Source: Nitrospinales bacterium (lineage in GTDB: Bacteria; Nitrospinota; Nitrospinia; Nitrospinales; VA-1). From it: 64,000 bases of DNA. Positions 45,097 to 57,554 of this stretch are shown piece by piece. The notes under the pieces are model-generated. The model was not told the DNA's origin, ran no database searches, and worked only from the letters and a program-made list of their open reading frames with translations. The first letter of the stretch is position 1; each line of letters begins with the position of its first letter. Both the position numbers and the translations under genes were made by a program. Location: assembly GCA_965223795.1 (NCBI GenBank), contig CBDCXL010000002.1:1344001-1408000 (forward strand), in the 5' to 3' direction.

Positions 45097-45186
45097 GACA
45101 GGAGCCGGGAGATCAAATCCGGAGCCGGGGATGAAAATCCGATTCGAACGGGAGCGGGTGGTTGCGTGAGCGCGGCGGTCATGCTG

Positions 45187-45735
45187 CTACTTGAACATGC
45201 GGTCATAGGTCTTCGTGGCGAGATCGGTCAGGTCGTTGCCGGCATTGTGATACAGGACGGCCTTTTTTTCCAGAATCATGGTGTATTTTTTCTCTTTGCC
45301 GATCTTTTTGATCACATCCACCATCTGCAGCAATAATTTCTGGGTCATCTCCTTTTCTTTTTTTGCGAATGCGTTGTTCTGGTCCTCCACATAGCGTTCG
45401 AACGCGACCTTCTGTTTTCTGAACTCATCCTCTTTTTTCTTCTTGAGTTTGGGATCGAGCACAAAACTCTGCTTGTTCAAATCATCCAGCAATTTTTTGA
45501 TTCGCTCTTCTTTCCTTGCGATCACATCCTTTTCTTTTTTGAAACTGTTTTTGAAGGAGGCGAATCCCCGTTTCCAATCCTTGGTGCTGGAAATGGCCTT
45601 TTGAAGATCGATGAACCCGATGCGTGTATCCGCGGCGAACACGGATTGTGAATTCAACGCGAGAATCAGCGCCGCAAAAACAATGGCGCCGCCCGTTTTC
45701 CTCAAACAGGTCTGAATATTTGACTGACTGGACAT
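45187..45735 (-). CDS. skp: OmpH/Skp periplasmic chaperone
   Basis: Signal peptide, RIGFIDLQK, coiled coil and C-terminal DLT; between bamA and fabZ. Confidence 0.85.
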   Translation of the reverse strand: MSSQSNIQTCLRKTGGAIVFAALILALNSQSVFAADTRIGFIDLQKAISSTKDWKRGFASFKNSFKKEKDVIARKEERIKKLLDDLNKQSFVLDPKLKKKKEDEFRKQKVAFERYVEDQNNAFAKKEKEMTQKLLLQMVDVIKKIGKEKKYTMILEKKAVLYHNAGNDLTDLATKTYDRMFK

Positions 45736-45772
45736 AAACCCTCTCAAAGCTTAAGACTGAACGGTTGAATGG

Positions 45773-48049
45773 TTAAAATGAACTGCCGGCGGTGAAATGG
45801 AATTCTCCGATGTCTTCGCCAGTGGCCCGGTCGAGCTTGATTCCGTATGCGAATCCAACCGGACCGAACGGGCTGAGAAAACGGATTCCCGCGCCGACGC
45901 TGTGGCGCATGTCACCCAGGTTGATGGTCTCCGCCGTGGTGCTGATATCCGTTCCGGTGCCATATACGTTGCCGCGGTCGTAAAACACGAACCCTCTGAA
46001 AGATTTTGAAAACGGATATTGCAGCTCGGCGTTGAACAGGAGGGACTGGGTTCCGCCCAGCGGATCGCCTGTTCCGTTTTTGGGACCGACATCGCGGATG
46101 CTGAAGCCCCGCAGGCTTTTCGCTCCGCCCATGAAATACCGCTCGAAAATAGGAAGCTCTTCTCCGTTGTAGCCGTCGGCCCAGTTGATTTCACTGTGCA
46201 GGGCGCCCACCAGTTTGCCGATGATCGGAAAGTAATAGGTGACTTCGTACCCGCTCCGCAGAAAGTCGGCCCCTCCCAGTATCCCGCCAGCGACCTCAAA
46301 TCGTACCACATGCCTCCAGCCTGTGGAAGGGTTTAAAAAATCGTCGCGGGTGTCGCGGATGTAGCTGGGAGCGATGCGGCTGGTGGTCCGGGTTTCGTTC
46401 TTTAGAAATTCGGTTTCCTCGCTGGGCTCGACATCGCGCACCCGCACTTCCTCCAGGCGGTAGTTGAGGCCCACCCAGTCGTATTCCGTCAATGACTTAC
46501 CGACCCGGACGCCGCCGCCGCGGTTTCTCGACGTGAAGCTGAAAAAGTCCGACTCGCGGTTGAATGCGTCCACGCCGAACAGGATTTCGGTGTCGAAGAT
46601 GCGCGGCTCGGTGAAGGACAGGTTGAAATCCGTGCGGATCGCCGAAAGGCTGGCGGAGAAGACGAGGCGCTGGCCGCGGCCGAACAGGTTGTCCTGGGAC
46701 ACCGATCCGGTGAACACCACTTTTTCCACGGAGCTGAACCCGGCGCCGACGGTGATGGAACCTGTGGGCCGTTCGGTCACGGTGGTGACGACGTCGATGA
46801 GGTCCGGGTTCTGGCCGCGCCGCGTGTCGATTTTGACGTCTTCAAAAAACTTGAGGTTGTTGATCCTCTGCTTGCTGCGCTTGAGCTTGGTGCTGTCGAA
46901 CAGCTCGCCTTCCTTGAGCCGGAATTCACGGCGGATCACGTTGTCGCGCGTGCGCACGTTTCCGAGAATGGAGATCTCGCCGACGTACACCTTCTTGCCC
47001 TTCTGGATTTCGATATCGAGATCGACCGTGCGTTTTTCATCGTCGATCTTGGTGACCGGGTTGACGTCGGCGTAAGCGTATCCCCGCGTCGAGTAGAGGT
47101 CCGAGACGCTGAGCACGTCCTCCCGCAGCTTGGACACGTTGTACCAGTCGCCTTTCTGCGTCTTGACGACCGCGTTCATCTCCTCTTCCGTGAAGGTGCC
47201 GTCTCCCTTGATTTTGTAACCGGAAATTTTGTAACGCGGTCCTTCGACAACCGGGATGGTGATGTAGATTTCCTGCTCTTCCTTGTTGACTTCGATCTTG
47301 GGCTCCTGCACGTTCACGCGCACGAACCCCATGTCCTGGTAATACGCTTCGATGCGAAACAGATCCAGTTTCAGCACGTCTTTTTTATAAATGCCCGAGT
47401 CGTCGAGCCAGGAATACCAGGTCTTTTCCTTGGTCTCCATCTGCTTTCTCAGGACTTTGTCCTTGACCGCCCGGTTTCCTGAAAACTGGATTTTCTCCAC
47501 GCTCACCTTTTCGCCCTCGGTGATGCGGATGGTGACGTCGACCAGGTTGTTCTCCGTCATCTTGGTGTCGATGCTGGCGTCGGCGAAAAAATAACCTTTC
47601 TCCTGGTAGAACTTTTTGATTTCGTCGACGCTTTCTTTCACCAGGTGATTCTGAAAGGTGGTGCCCCGCTTCAATCCGATTTTCTCGCGGATATCATCGG
47701 ACTCCATCTTCTCGTTGCCGATGAGTTCCACGTCCCCGATCGAGGGAATCTCTTCCACTTTGAATATGACCTTGAGGCCGCCGATCGCATCCTCGGTTTC
47801 GACCTGGATGTCCTTGAACTGATCGAGGCTGTAGATCTGTTCGATGTCTTTGCGGATCTGGATGCGGGAGAGGGGTTCGCCGACTTCGGTCTTGATGTAG
47901 TAGAGGATGGTGGAATCGTCGACGCGCTTGTTGCCTTTAACTTCGATGGAATGAACGATCTGTCCTTCCTGCGCCTCGGATGGAGGGACGCAGAAAAGCA
48001 AAACCAGAAATACGCAGTATAAGAGAACGGACCGGAAACGTTTCCTCAT
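45773..48049 (-). CDS. bamA: Outer membrane protein assembly factor BamA
   Basis: POTRA repeats, VIRREFRL, LRGF motif, SPFGP and terminal Phe. Confidence 0.96.
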   Translation of the reverse strand: MRKRFRSVLLYCVFLVLLFCVPPSEAQEGQIVHSIEVKGNKRVDDSTILYYIKTEVGEPLSRIQIRKDIEQIYSLDQFKDIQVETEDAIGGLKVIFKVEEIPSIGDVELIGNEKMESDDIREKIGLKRGTTFQNHLVKESVDEIKKFYQEKGYFFADASIDTKMTENNLVDVTIRITEGEKVSVEKIQFSGNRAVKDKVLRKQMETKEKTWYSWLDDSGIYKKDVLKLDLFRIEAYYQDMGFVRVNVQEPKIEVNKEEQEIYITIPVVEGPRYKISGYKIKGDGTFTEEEMNAVVKTQKGDWYNVSKLREDVLSVSDLYSTRGYAYADVNPVTKIDDEKRTVDLDIEIQKGKKVYVGEISILGNVRTRDNVIRREFRLKEGELFDSTKLKRSKQRINNLKFFEDVKIDTRRGQNPDLIDVVTTVTERPTGSITVGAGFSSVEKVVFTGSVSQDNLFGRGQRLVFSASLSAIRTDFNLSFTEPRIFDTEILFGVDAFNRESDFFSFTSRNRGGGVRVGKSLTEYDWVGLNYRLEEVRVRDVEPSEETEFLKNETRTTSRIAPSYIRDTRDDFLNPSTGWRHVVRFEVAGGILGGADFLRSGYEVTYYFPIIGKLVGALHSEINWADGYNGEELPIFERYFMGGAKSLRGFSIRDVGPKNGTGDPLGGTQSLLFNAELQYPFSKSFRGFVFYDRGNVYGTGTDISTTAETINLGDMRHSVGAGIRFLSPFGPVGFAYGIKLDRATGEDIGEFHFTAGSSF

Positions 48050-48114
48050 TCCACCGGATGTATTTTAGATCCCCTAAGGCGCGGGGATAGTGGGAATCCA
48101 TGATTCGAGGCCAA

Positions 48115-48165
48115 AAAAAAGTATTAAGCTTTCGAACCTTTGGGCTGACAGCTTAATACTTTTTT
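48115..48165 (-). terminator. Long AT-rich inverted repeat, likely the terminator after clpC
   Basis: Perfect 16-bp arms AAAAAAGTATTAAGCT and AGCTTAATACTTTTTT. Confidence 0.6.
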
Positions 48166-48217
48166 CAAAAAATTGATGTCATTGGCCGCTTGGTAATAAG
48201 CGGGATTCTAATTTCTC

Positions 48218-50650
<2,433 letters not shown>

Positions 50651-51189
50651 GATTCAAACTTCCTCGGATAAGGATTTGCGGATGGGTGCTTTGGGGACCC
50701 CGAATAGAACGTTACCGGCTGGGGCCGCACGCCGTTTTTTTGAGGTTGATGCTAATTCCATTTTAGCAAAAGGCACCAATTATACAAGGATTTATTTTCC
50801 CTCCCCCGGCACTCGCTAAGCCTTTAAATCCTTTACCCTTTCGAAGGTTTTTCGAGTTCGGATACAGAGCGCTTTCGACCGCTTTTGCCGGATGAAAAAA
50901 AGCGGATTTTTTCTTTCCCGGGCGCGGCTTTTTCAGCATCATTTTGAAAGCGGAGCGTTTGCCGGGATACGGCTGGAGATTCATTTCCCTGTCCAAAAAA
51001 AACTTTTTTCCGCGTCCGCGCCGCCGCGTCTGCCGGGAAAAAAAATTTTTAATTCCCCTGTCCACCCCCCGCACGGGTGCGAAATAATCCGCGCGCGCGG
51101 CGTCAAAACCCCTGAACCTGTCAAAACCATGACAACCTGAGCGACAAAAATATCAGCAGGTTTGACCTATCCGGCGGAGGGATGACCGA

Positions 51190-54100
51190 TCAGGAATAAC
51201 CGGCGTCGCGGTGAAAACACACGGCCGCGGCGGTGGTGCTGGGCGGATCGAATTCGTTGGAGCCGGTGAGGCGGACGCCGATGTCCTCGGCCTCAAGCAC
51301 TTCCCAGATGATTTTATTGTTGATGAGATCGACGATGGCGGGATAGCCGGGGCTGTAGCGCTGCCCGTTTTTCTCTTTTTTATGACCGGCGCGCTCGCGC
51401 AGCAAACGGTGGATGTATTCGGCCAGATCTTCGGTGACGCGGTCGCAGAGTCCCTGCAGATACAACGCCGACTCGGAATCCTGCTGGTTTTTGAAATCGG
51501 CGATCACCTTTTCCACTTCCGTCCCCGCCGTGGTGATCTGCAGGCCGATGGCGTCTAAGCGTCCGGAACTCTTGGGATGAAAGTACTGCGCCACGGAAAA
51601 GGTGTCCTTGCCGCCCTTGCCGACGCACAGGGTGAAGTGCAGCCGCGCGATCTCCTTTTTCACGTCCCTGGGGTCGAAGATCACCACGTCATCACCTTCC
51701 GACTGCGCCGGCAGCAGCGCGAACCGCGCCTTGGGCTGAATCCAGCCGTTCCTGCCGGCTTTTTCCATCCATTCTTTTTCCAGCGCCTTGAGCTGTTCGA
51801 GCGTCACGCCCTTCTGTTTCCAGGAGGATTTTTTGCCGTATTTCCAGTTGAGCGAGTACAGGCTTTTGGTGTCGATGTTGGGGCTCAGCTTGCTGAGTTT
51901 GAACTCGACTTTGTGCACACCGAAGCCGTTGCCGGGAACCTCATGATTTTTAAAGCTCACGTTGCGCCGGGGCAGGGTCTTGAGCAGTTCGTCCTGGGCT
52001 TCCTTGAGGCCCTTGGCGCGCTGGTACTCGCGCAGCAGCCGTTCCCGGTTCGCCTGCATGTAGGCGCCGCGGGCAGCTTTATCTTGAAGAACGTTCATGG
52101 TGTTGACCCCGTCCATGCCGCTCTCGCAGTAAAAGACGTTGTCGAGGATCTTTTCCGTTTCGCTCTGCCCGTGCATGGCCACGTAGCCGGCATGCCGGTT
52201 GTTGACGGGCGCGCCGCCGATCAGGATGGGCAGGCTGGTGGCCCGTTCGGCCAGCATGCGCGCGACGGTGATCATGTGGTTGGAGGTCTGCACGAGCAGC
52301 GCGCTCATGCCGATGGCGTCGGCGTTTTCCTGTTTCGCGGTCTCGATGAAGCGCTCCAGCGGCACCTGCACGCCCAGGTCGATGACGCGGTAGCCGTAGT
52401 TTTCCAGCAGGGTCTTGGCGAGGTCCTTGCCGATGCTGTGCACGTCCTGATAGACGGTGCCGATGACCACGACGCCTTTGTATTCGATCGCCGAGCCTTC
52501 GGTCACGCCGCTCTGCACGCGCATGAGCCATTCCAGGTACTGCATGACGCCGCGCATGACGTCGGCGCTTTTCAACAGATGCGGCAGGCTCACTTCGCCG
52601 CGGCCGAAGCCGTCGCCCAGCTCGCGCATGGCTTTCATGAGGTGCTCGCTGATGAAATCCAGCGGCGCGTGCGTTTTCACCGCCTCGGCCACATCCAGCA
52701 CGATGCGGTCGCGATACTCGAAGCTCTGGCCTTCGCTTTTCAGCACACCCTGCTCTTTCTGCTTGTAGCCGTCCTTGATCTTCTGGCAGATCCTCTCTTC
52801 CAGCGGCAGGTCCTGGTAATCGACCTTCTTCTGCACGGTGCCGGTCTTTTTGGTGAGGGCGATCTGCTCCAGTTCCTCGAACGCTTCCATGTCGCGGTGC
52901 AGGATGACTTTGCGCGCGAGATCGACGTCGTGCTGCGGCAGGCTTTCCAGTGGCACGTAATGGTTGGGGTTCAAAATGGCGCAGTCCAGTCCCGCCTGCC
53001 GCGCCTCGTCGAGAAAGACGCTGGTGAGCACTTTGCGCATGTAGGGTTTCTGGCCCAGGCCGTTGGTGAGGTTGCCGACGCCAATCGAGGTCTTGAGGTC
53101 CGGGTGAATGGCCTTGATGCGCGGCAGACACTTGAGCGTTTCGGCGCAGAAGTTGAGCCCCTCCACCGATTCGCTGCCGATGGGGTAGGCGTTGACGTCG
53201 ATGAGGATGCGGTCCGGCGCGACGCCGCGCTCGCCCGCCTGCCGAACGATCTCCGCGGCGAGGTCGTATTTCTCCTGTGCCGTCTGTCCGGGCCCCTCGG
53301 GGCCGTTCACCAGCGCGATGTAGACCGGGTCGTGCCGGGAGGTGCCGTCGAGCACCGCATCGAGCTTGGAAACGCCGTCCTGGTATTCCTCCAGGCTGAT
53401 GGAGTTGATGACCGGGCGGCCGGGATAGGTCGCGACCGCTTTGACGAGCGCCTCGACGGAAAAGCTGTCGATGCACATCACGCCTTTGAAATCGCTGGTC
53501 AGGTCGTGGATCAGGGTGGGGAGCAGGGTTTCCGTCTCGACGATGTTGCTGTCCATGCACACGTCGATGATGTCGATGCCGAGATCCTTCACCTGCTCGG
53601 TGACCACTTCCTCCAGAACCGGAAGCTGCACGTCCCCGGTGGTCTCCACGGCGTCGCGCACTTTTTTGCTGCCGCGCACGTTGAGCCGCTCGCCGATGCG
53701 GATGAGGCCGGCGGAGCTGTCCAGCGCGACGGCGTTCTGCGGCCCGGACACGTAGACCCTCCGATCCACTTCATTTTCCTTGCGCGTCACTGTGGCGATT
53801 TTGTCCTTGAGGGCGCGGATGTGCGCGGGCGTGGTGCCGCAGCAGCCACCGACGAGGGACACGCCGTGCTGCTCGACGAACTCCGCGACGGTGTCCGCCA
53901 TTTTGTCGGGTTCGAGCATGTAGCAGGTCTTGCCGTCGATGGACACGGGCTGGCCGGCGTTGGGCACGACGGAGATCGGCAGCGATACGTACCGGCTCAT
54001 CTTCTTAACGGCCTGAGTCATGAGTTCGGGACCGACGTTGCAGTTGATGCCGAACACGTCGACGCCCATGCCCGCCACGGCGGTGTAGGCCGCGTGGATG

Positions 54101-54804
54101 TCGGTGTTGAAGATCTGCATCTTGGCGTGCTGGTCCACGGTCACCTGCACTATGATGGGCGTCGCGGCGTCCGTTTCCTCCAGCGCGCGTTTCGCGCCGA
54201 GAACGGCGGCCTTGGTTTCCAGGATGTCCTGCTGGGTCTCGAACAGCAGCATGTCGACGCCGCCTTCGATCAGCCCCTTGACCTGCAGATAAAAGTTGTC
54301 CTCGATCTGCTCGAAGGTGGCCTTGCTCAGATTCGCCTGGGTGCTGGAAACGACGTAGTTGGACGGACCGATGGACCCGGCCACGAACAGCGGACGGCCG
54401 TCGTACTCCGGGCTTTCCTGATAACGCGCCACCGCCTGGCGGGCGATGCGCGCGCCGGTGACGTTGAGGTGCCGGGTGATCGCTTTAAGATCACCGGCCG
54501 CAAGGTCCAGTCCTTCGGGTACGGCCTGGATGTCCGTTGTGTCGATGCGGGTGAAATCGAATTCCTTGAGACGCAGCGGCGAAGCGCCGAAGGTGTTGGT
54601 CTCGATGATGTCCGCGCCGGCGGCGAGGTACTGGTAGTGGATGTCCTCAAGATCGCGCGGCCTGGAAAACACCAGCAGGTCGGTCAGCATCTTGAATTCG
54701 GCGCCGCCGAACGCGGCGTCGGTCAGTTCCAGATTCTGCACCATGGTGCCCATGGCGCCGTCCATCACCAGAACCTTTTTTTTCAATTCACTGATAAACG
54801 TCAT
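51190..54804 (-). CDS. metH: Cobalamin-dependent methionine synthase
   Basis: DGAMGT, GINC and GGCCG (Zn), IGERLN pterin domain, DVHSIGK B12 motif and RYSPGYP activation domain. Confidence 0.93.
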   Translation of the reverse strand: MTFISELKKKVLVMDGAMGTMVQNLELTDAAFGGAEFKMLTDLLVFSRPRDLEDIHYQYLAAGADIIETNTFGASPLRLKEFDFTRIDTTDIQAVPEGLDLAAGDLKAITRHLNVTGARIARQAVARYQESPEYDGRPLFVAGSIGPSNYVVSSTQANLSKATFEQIEDNFYLQVKGLIEGGVDMLLFETQQDILETKAAVLGAKRALEETDAATPIIVQVTVDQHAKMQIFNTDIHAAYTAVAGMGVDVFGINCNVGPELMTQAVKKMSRYVSLPISVVPNAGQPVSIDGKTCYMLEPDKMADTVAEFVEQHGVSLVGGCCGTTPAHIRALKDKIATVTRKENEVDRRVYVSGPQNAVALDSSAGLIRIGERLNVRGSKKVRDAVETTGDVQLPVLEEVVTEQVKDLGIDIIDVCMDSNIVETETLLPTLIHDLTSDFKGVMCIDSFSVEALVKAVATYPGRPVINSISLEEYQDGVSKLDAVLDGTSRHDPVYIALVNGPEGPGQTAQEKYDLAAEIVRQAGERGVAPDRILIDVNAYPIGSESVEGLNFCAETLKCLPRIKAIHPDLKTSIGVGNLTNGLGQKPYMRKVLTSVFLDEARQAGLDCAILNPNHYVPLESLPQHDVDLARKVILHRDMEAFEELEQIALTKKTGTVQKKVDYQDLPLEERICQKIKDGYKQKEQGVLKSEGQSFEYRDRIVLDVAEAVKTHAPLDFISEHLMKAMRELGDGFGRGEVSLPHLLKSADVMRGVMQYLEWLMRVQSGVTEGSAIEYKGVVVIGTVYQDVHSIGKDLAKTLLENYGYRVIDLGVQVPLERFIETAKQENADAIGMSALLVQTSNHMITVARMLAERATSLPILIGGAPVNNRHAGYVAMHGQSETEKILDNVFYCESGMDGVNTMNVLQDKAARGAYMQANRERLLREYQRAKGLKEAQDELLKTLPRRNVSFKNHEVPGNGFGVHKVEFKLSKLSPNIDTKSLYSLNWKYGKKSSWKQKGVTLEQLKALEKEWMEKAGRNGWIQPKARFALLPAQSEGDDVVIFDPRDVKKEIARLHFTLCVGKGGKDTFSVAQYFHPKSSGRLDAIGLQITTAGTEVEKVIADFKNQQDSESALYLQGLCDRVTEDLAEYIHRLLRERAGHKKEKNGQRYSPGYPAIVDLINNKIIWEVLEAEDIGVRLTGSNEFDPPSTTAAAVCFHRDAGYS

Positions 54805-55011
54805 GATCCTCCACGATCCTGCGCGCCCTGTCGTTTCGATTCTGTTTTCGGGATTCGGGTGCCCCGGCGGGAAACTAAAAACCGGTTTTTAGAAATAAAG
54901 CGTTTTTGCGGAAATATCAAAAATATTTCGAACACGGTGCGGCTCCGCCTTCCTGCTTGCGCAGGCCTGGTTTTGCGCCGCAACGGTGCGAAATTAAATT
55001 CCGTGCGGATG

Positions 55012-55020
55012 ATTATAGCA
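55012..55020 (-). promoter_or_regulatory. Extended -10 promoter element upstream of metH
   Basis: Minus strand TGCTATAAT about 200 nt upstream of the metH ATG. Confidence 0.5.
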
Positions 55021-55061
55021 TTGTCTTTATTTTCCAGGCAGCTTTCTCGCGCAAACGCCGG

Positions 55062-57434
55062 TCATCCTGCGCCGCCGTTCGTGAAAGCGGGCCCCTCCCC
55101 GCGTGTGCGCGGACTCTCAGGCGGAAGGGTGAGGATGAAGCTGGACCCGGTACCGGGCCGGCTTGCGGCGGTGAGGTCACCGCCGTGGCGCTGGGCGATT
55201 TTACGGCAGATGGACAGCCCCAGCCCCGAACCTTCGTACTCGCTGCGGCCGTGCAGGCGTTCGAAGGGTTTGAAGATGCGGTCGAGGTGGCCGGGATCGA
55301 AGCCGATGCCGTTGTCCTCGACGCGGATTTCGTGGCTGCCGGACGGCAGCAGGCGGTGGCGGATGTGCACGACGGGAGGCACACCGGGCCGGTGAAATTT
55401 CAGCGCGTTGGCGATCAGGTTCTGAAACAGCTGGTGCATCTGCATGCGGTCCGCCCTGAGTTCGGGAAGCGGGCCCACGTCCACCCGGCCCCGGGTGCGC
55501 GCGATCAACGCCTCGAGCATGGCCAGCGCCCCGTCCGCCACTTCGTTCAAGCGGATTTTCTGCAGCGAAAGGGGGCCCCTTGTGGACACCTGCGAATACT
55601 TGAGCAGATCCTCGATGAGCCCCTGCATCCTGTGGACCGCTTTTTCCATGCGGTCGAGGTAGTCCTGGCCTTTTTCACCGAGCTCGCCCGCGCAATCCTT
55701 GCGCAGGCGGTGGGAAAAGGCGGCGACCTTGCGCAGCGGTTCTTTCAGATCGTGCGAGGCGACGGCGGCGAACTCCCGCAGTTCCCGGTTGCTGCGCCGC
55801 AGTTCGCCGGTGTCCGGAGTCATGCGCGCCGCGCGCACCGCGTCGAGTTCTTTGCGCAGGCGTTCGTTGATCTCTATTAGTTCACGGGTGCGCTCGCGGA
55901 CGCGCTGTTCCAGATCGTCCTCATCGAACCGGGGTGCTTCCCCGGCTGCGGTTTCCGGTTCCATTGCCGGGATGCGGGTTTCCTCGCCGCGGTAGCCGAG
56001 AAACGCTCCGGTTTCGCCCCAGACCGGCGCCGCACGGGTTTGCAGGTACACGCGCCTTCCGTCCCGGTGTACATAAGGAAACACCACGCCTTCGATGGTT
56101 TCCCGCTTGGCGAACACATTGAACGCCGTGGTCCTGGCTTCCTCGCGGCAGGCGGGATCGAAGAGATCGAAGAAACAGCGCTGCCCCACCAGATCGCCGG
56201 GGGCATGGCCCAGCAGCGCTTGTACCCCGGCGCTGCAATGGGTGAAGGTTCCGTGCGCGTCGATTTGCCAGAGCCAGACGGATTCTTGCGGCGCTGCGTG
56301 TGCTTCGCTCTTTGTGTTCAACCTCCCGGCGGGTTGCGGGTCTGCCGTTGTTTTCTCAGTGCGGGTTTCGGTCCGGGCGGCTTCTTCCTGCAGTTGCCGG
56401 TTCGCCGCTTCCAGGCCCTGGATCCGTTCTTCACGCTGACGGTGTTGCGTTTCCAGGGCTTCGCGTTCGCGCTTGAGCTGATCGAGGAACGCCGCGCTTT
56501 GCAGGATGTCCTGCTCCATCCGGAGCCACAGCGTTTCCATGTGCGAAAGCTTCGCTTCCCGGTCGCGCCGGGCCCGCTCGTTTTCGTGGACCGCGTCTTT
56601 GAGCCGGTTCAATTCCGCCTCGTGGCCGGCGCTTGAACGCGACAGGCGCTGCCGTTCGGCTTCGGACTGTTCCAGCTCATCGCCGGCGGTCAGCAGATCG
56701 CGCTCGGCCTGTTTGAGGTTTTTTTTCACCAGCCGCAACTGCTCTTCCTTATTCCACACCTCTTCCTTCAAGCTGTCGCGCTCCTGCCTGAGGCGGACTG
56801 CGTCGGCTTTTACGGCTTCCTGCTCGGCGCGCAGCCTTTTCGTTTCGTTCTGTGCTGAACGGAGGTTGGATTTCTCACGTTCCAGCTCGTCGCGAAGCGC
56901 GCGGGTTTCCGCCTCGGTACGCAGCACCGCCTGCTCTTTCACGAGCTGATCCGCCTTCACGCTTTCGAGCTTGAGCTGCTGCTCGCGCAGGCGTTCGGCA
57001 GCCTCCGCCTTTTCGCGTTCGAGTCTTTGCAGGTGTGCGTCCAGTGTGCTGAGGGCCTGTTCGTGCCGCTGGCGTCGCTGCTGTTCTTTGTTGTGGACCA
57101 GGCAGGCGATCGCGGTGACCCAGATTGCGAACACGGCGAGGCCGCGGTCGGCGGCTTCTCTTTGCCAGTCCGCCGCCTCCGGCGACAGGTAAAACCCCAA
57201 TGCGGTCAACAGCGTGCAGCCCACCGCGGCGGTGAGTATGTAGGCGCAGCCCGGCCAGCCGATGCCGAGCAGGACCACGAGTGCGTAGCCGACGCAAACG
57301 GCGATGCCCGGCTGCAGCCAGAGGTCGAGCCCGAACACATCGGCGGCGAGAAACACACCGCCGAACACCAGCAGCCAGTCGCCGCCGCGTTTTTTTTCGA
57401 CGCCTGCCGACATCGTCTCATTCCGAAGTGTCAC
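55062..57434 (-). CDS. Membrane histidine kinase with a long coiled coil and PAS domain
   Basis: About four N-terminal TMs, a long E/R/K-rich heptad region, PAS, ASHDLKEPLR, QNLIANALKF, DNGIGF and GSGLGL. ATG 57413 is an alternative start. Confidence 0.88.
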   Translation of the reverse strand: MTLRNETMSAGVEKKRGGDWLLVFGGVFLAADVFGLDLWLQPGIAVCVGYALVVLLGIGWPGCAYILTAAVGCTLLTALGFYLSPEAADWQREAADRGLAVFAIWVTAIACLVHNKEQQRRQRHEQALSTLDAHLQRLEREKAEAAERLREQQLKLESVKADQLVKEQAVLRTEAETRALRDELEREKSNLRSAQNETKRLRAEQEAVKADAVRLRQERDSLKEEVWNKEEQLRLVKKNLKQAERDLLTAGDELEQSEAERQRLSRSSAGHEAELNRLKDAVHENERARRDREAKLSHMETLWLRMEQDILQSAAFLDQLKREREALETQHRQREERIQGLEAANRQLQEEAARTETRTEKTTADPQPAGRLNTKSEAHAAPQESVWLWQIDAHGTFTHCSAGVQALLGHAPGDLVGQRCFFDLFDPACREEARTTAFNVFAKRETIEGVVFPYVHRDGRRVYLQTRAAPVWGETGAFLGYRGEETRIPAMEPETAAGEAPRFDEDDLEQRVRERTRELIEINERLRKELDAVRAARMTPDTGELRRSNRELREFAAVASHDLKEPLRKVAAFSHRLRKDCAGELGEKGQDYLDRMEKAVHRMQGLIEDLLKYSQVSTRGPLSLQKIRLNEVADGALAMLEALIARTRGRVDVGPLPELRADRMQMHQLFQNLIANALKFHRPGVPPVVHIRHRLLPSGSHEIRVEDNGIGFDPGHLDRIFKPFERLHGRSEYEGSGLGLSICRKIAQRHGGDLTAASRPGTGSSFILTLPPESPRTRGEGPAFTNGGAG

Positions 57435-57554
57435 GATGTCCTTAAGTTACAGACATGCCTACCTGTTTTCAACGTCATAATGTATACTTTTGGCTTCACC
57501 CCACACACAACGGAAGCTGTCATCTGCGTCACATTTTCGGGAGTTCGGAATGCC

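Noticed and set aside
45101..45140. Imperfect 20-bp tandem duplication upstream of fabZ
   Set aside because: Only two copies and unrelated to the main repeat family; probably local slippage.
51102..51140. GTCAAAACC direct repeats as a CtsR operator for clpC
   Set aside because: The 18-bp period does not fit the CtsR heptad spacing, and the site is about 450 bp from clpC.
51577..55395. 1272-aa plus-strand ORF
   Set aside because: Antisense shadow of metH caused by high GC3; no recognisable motifs.
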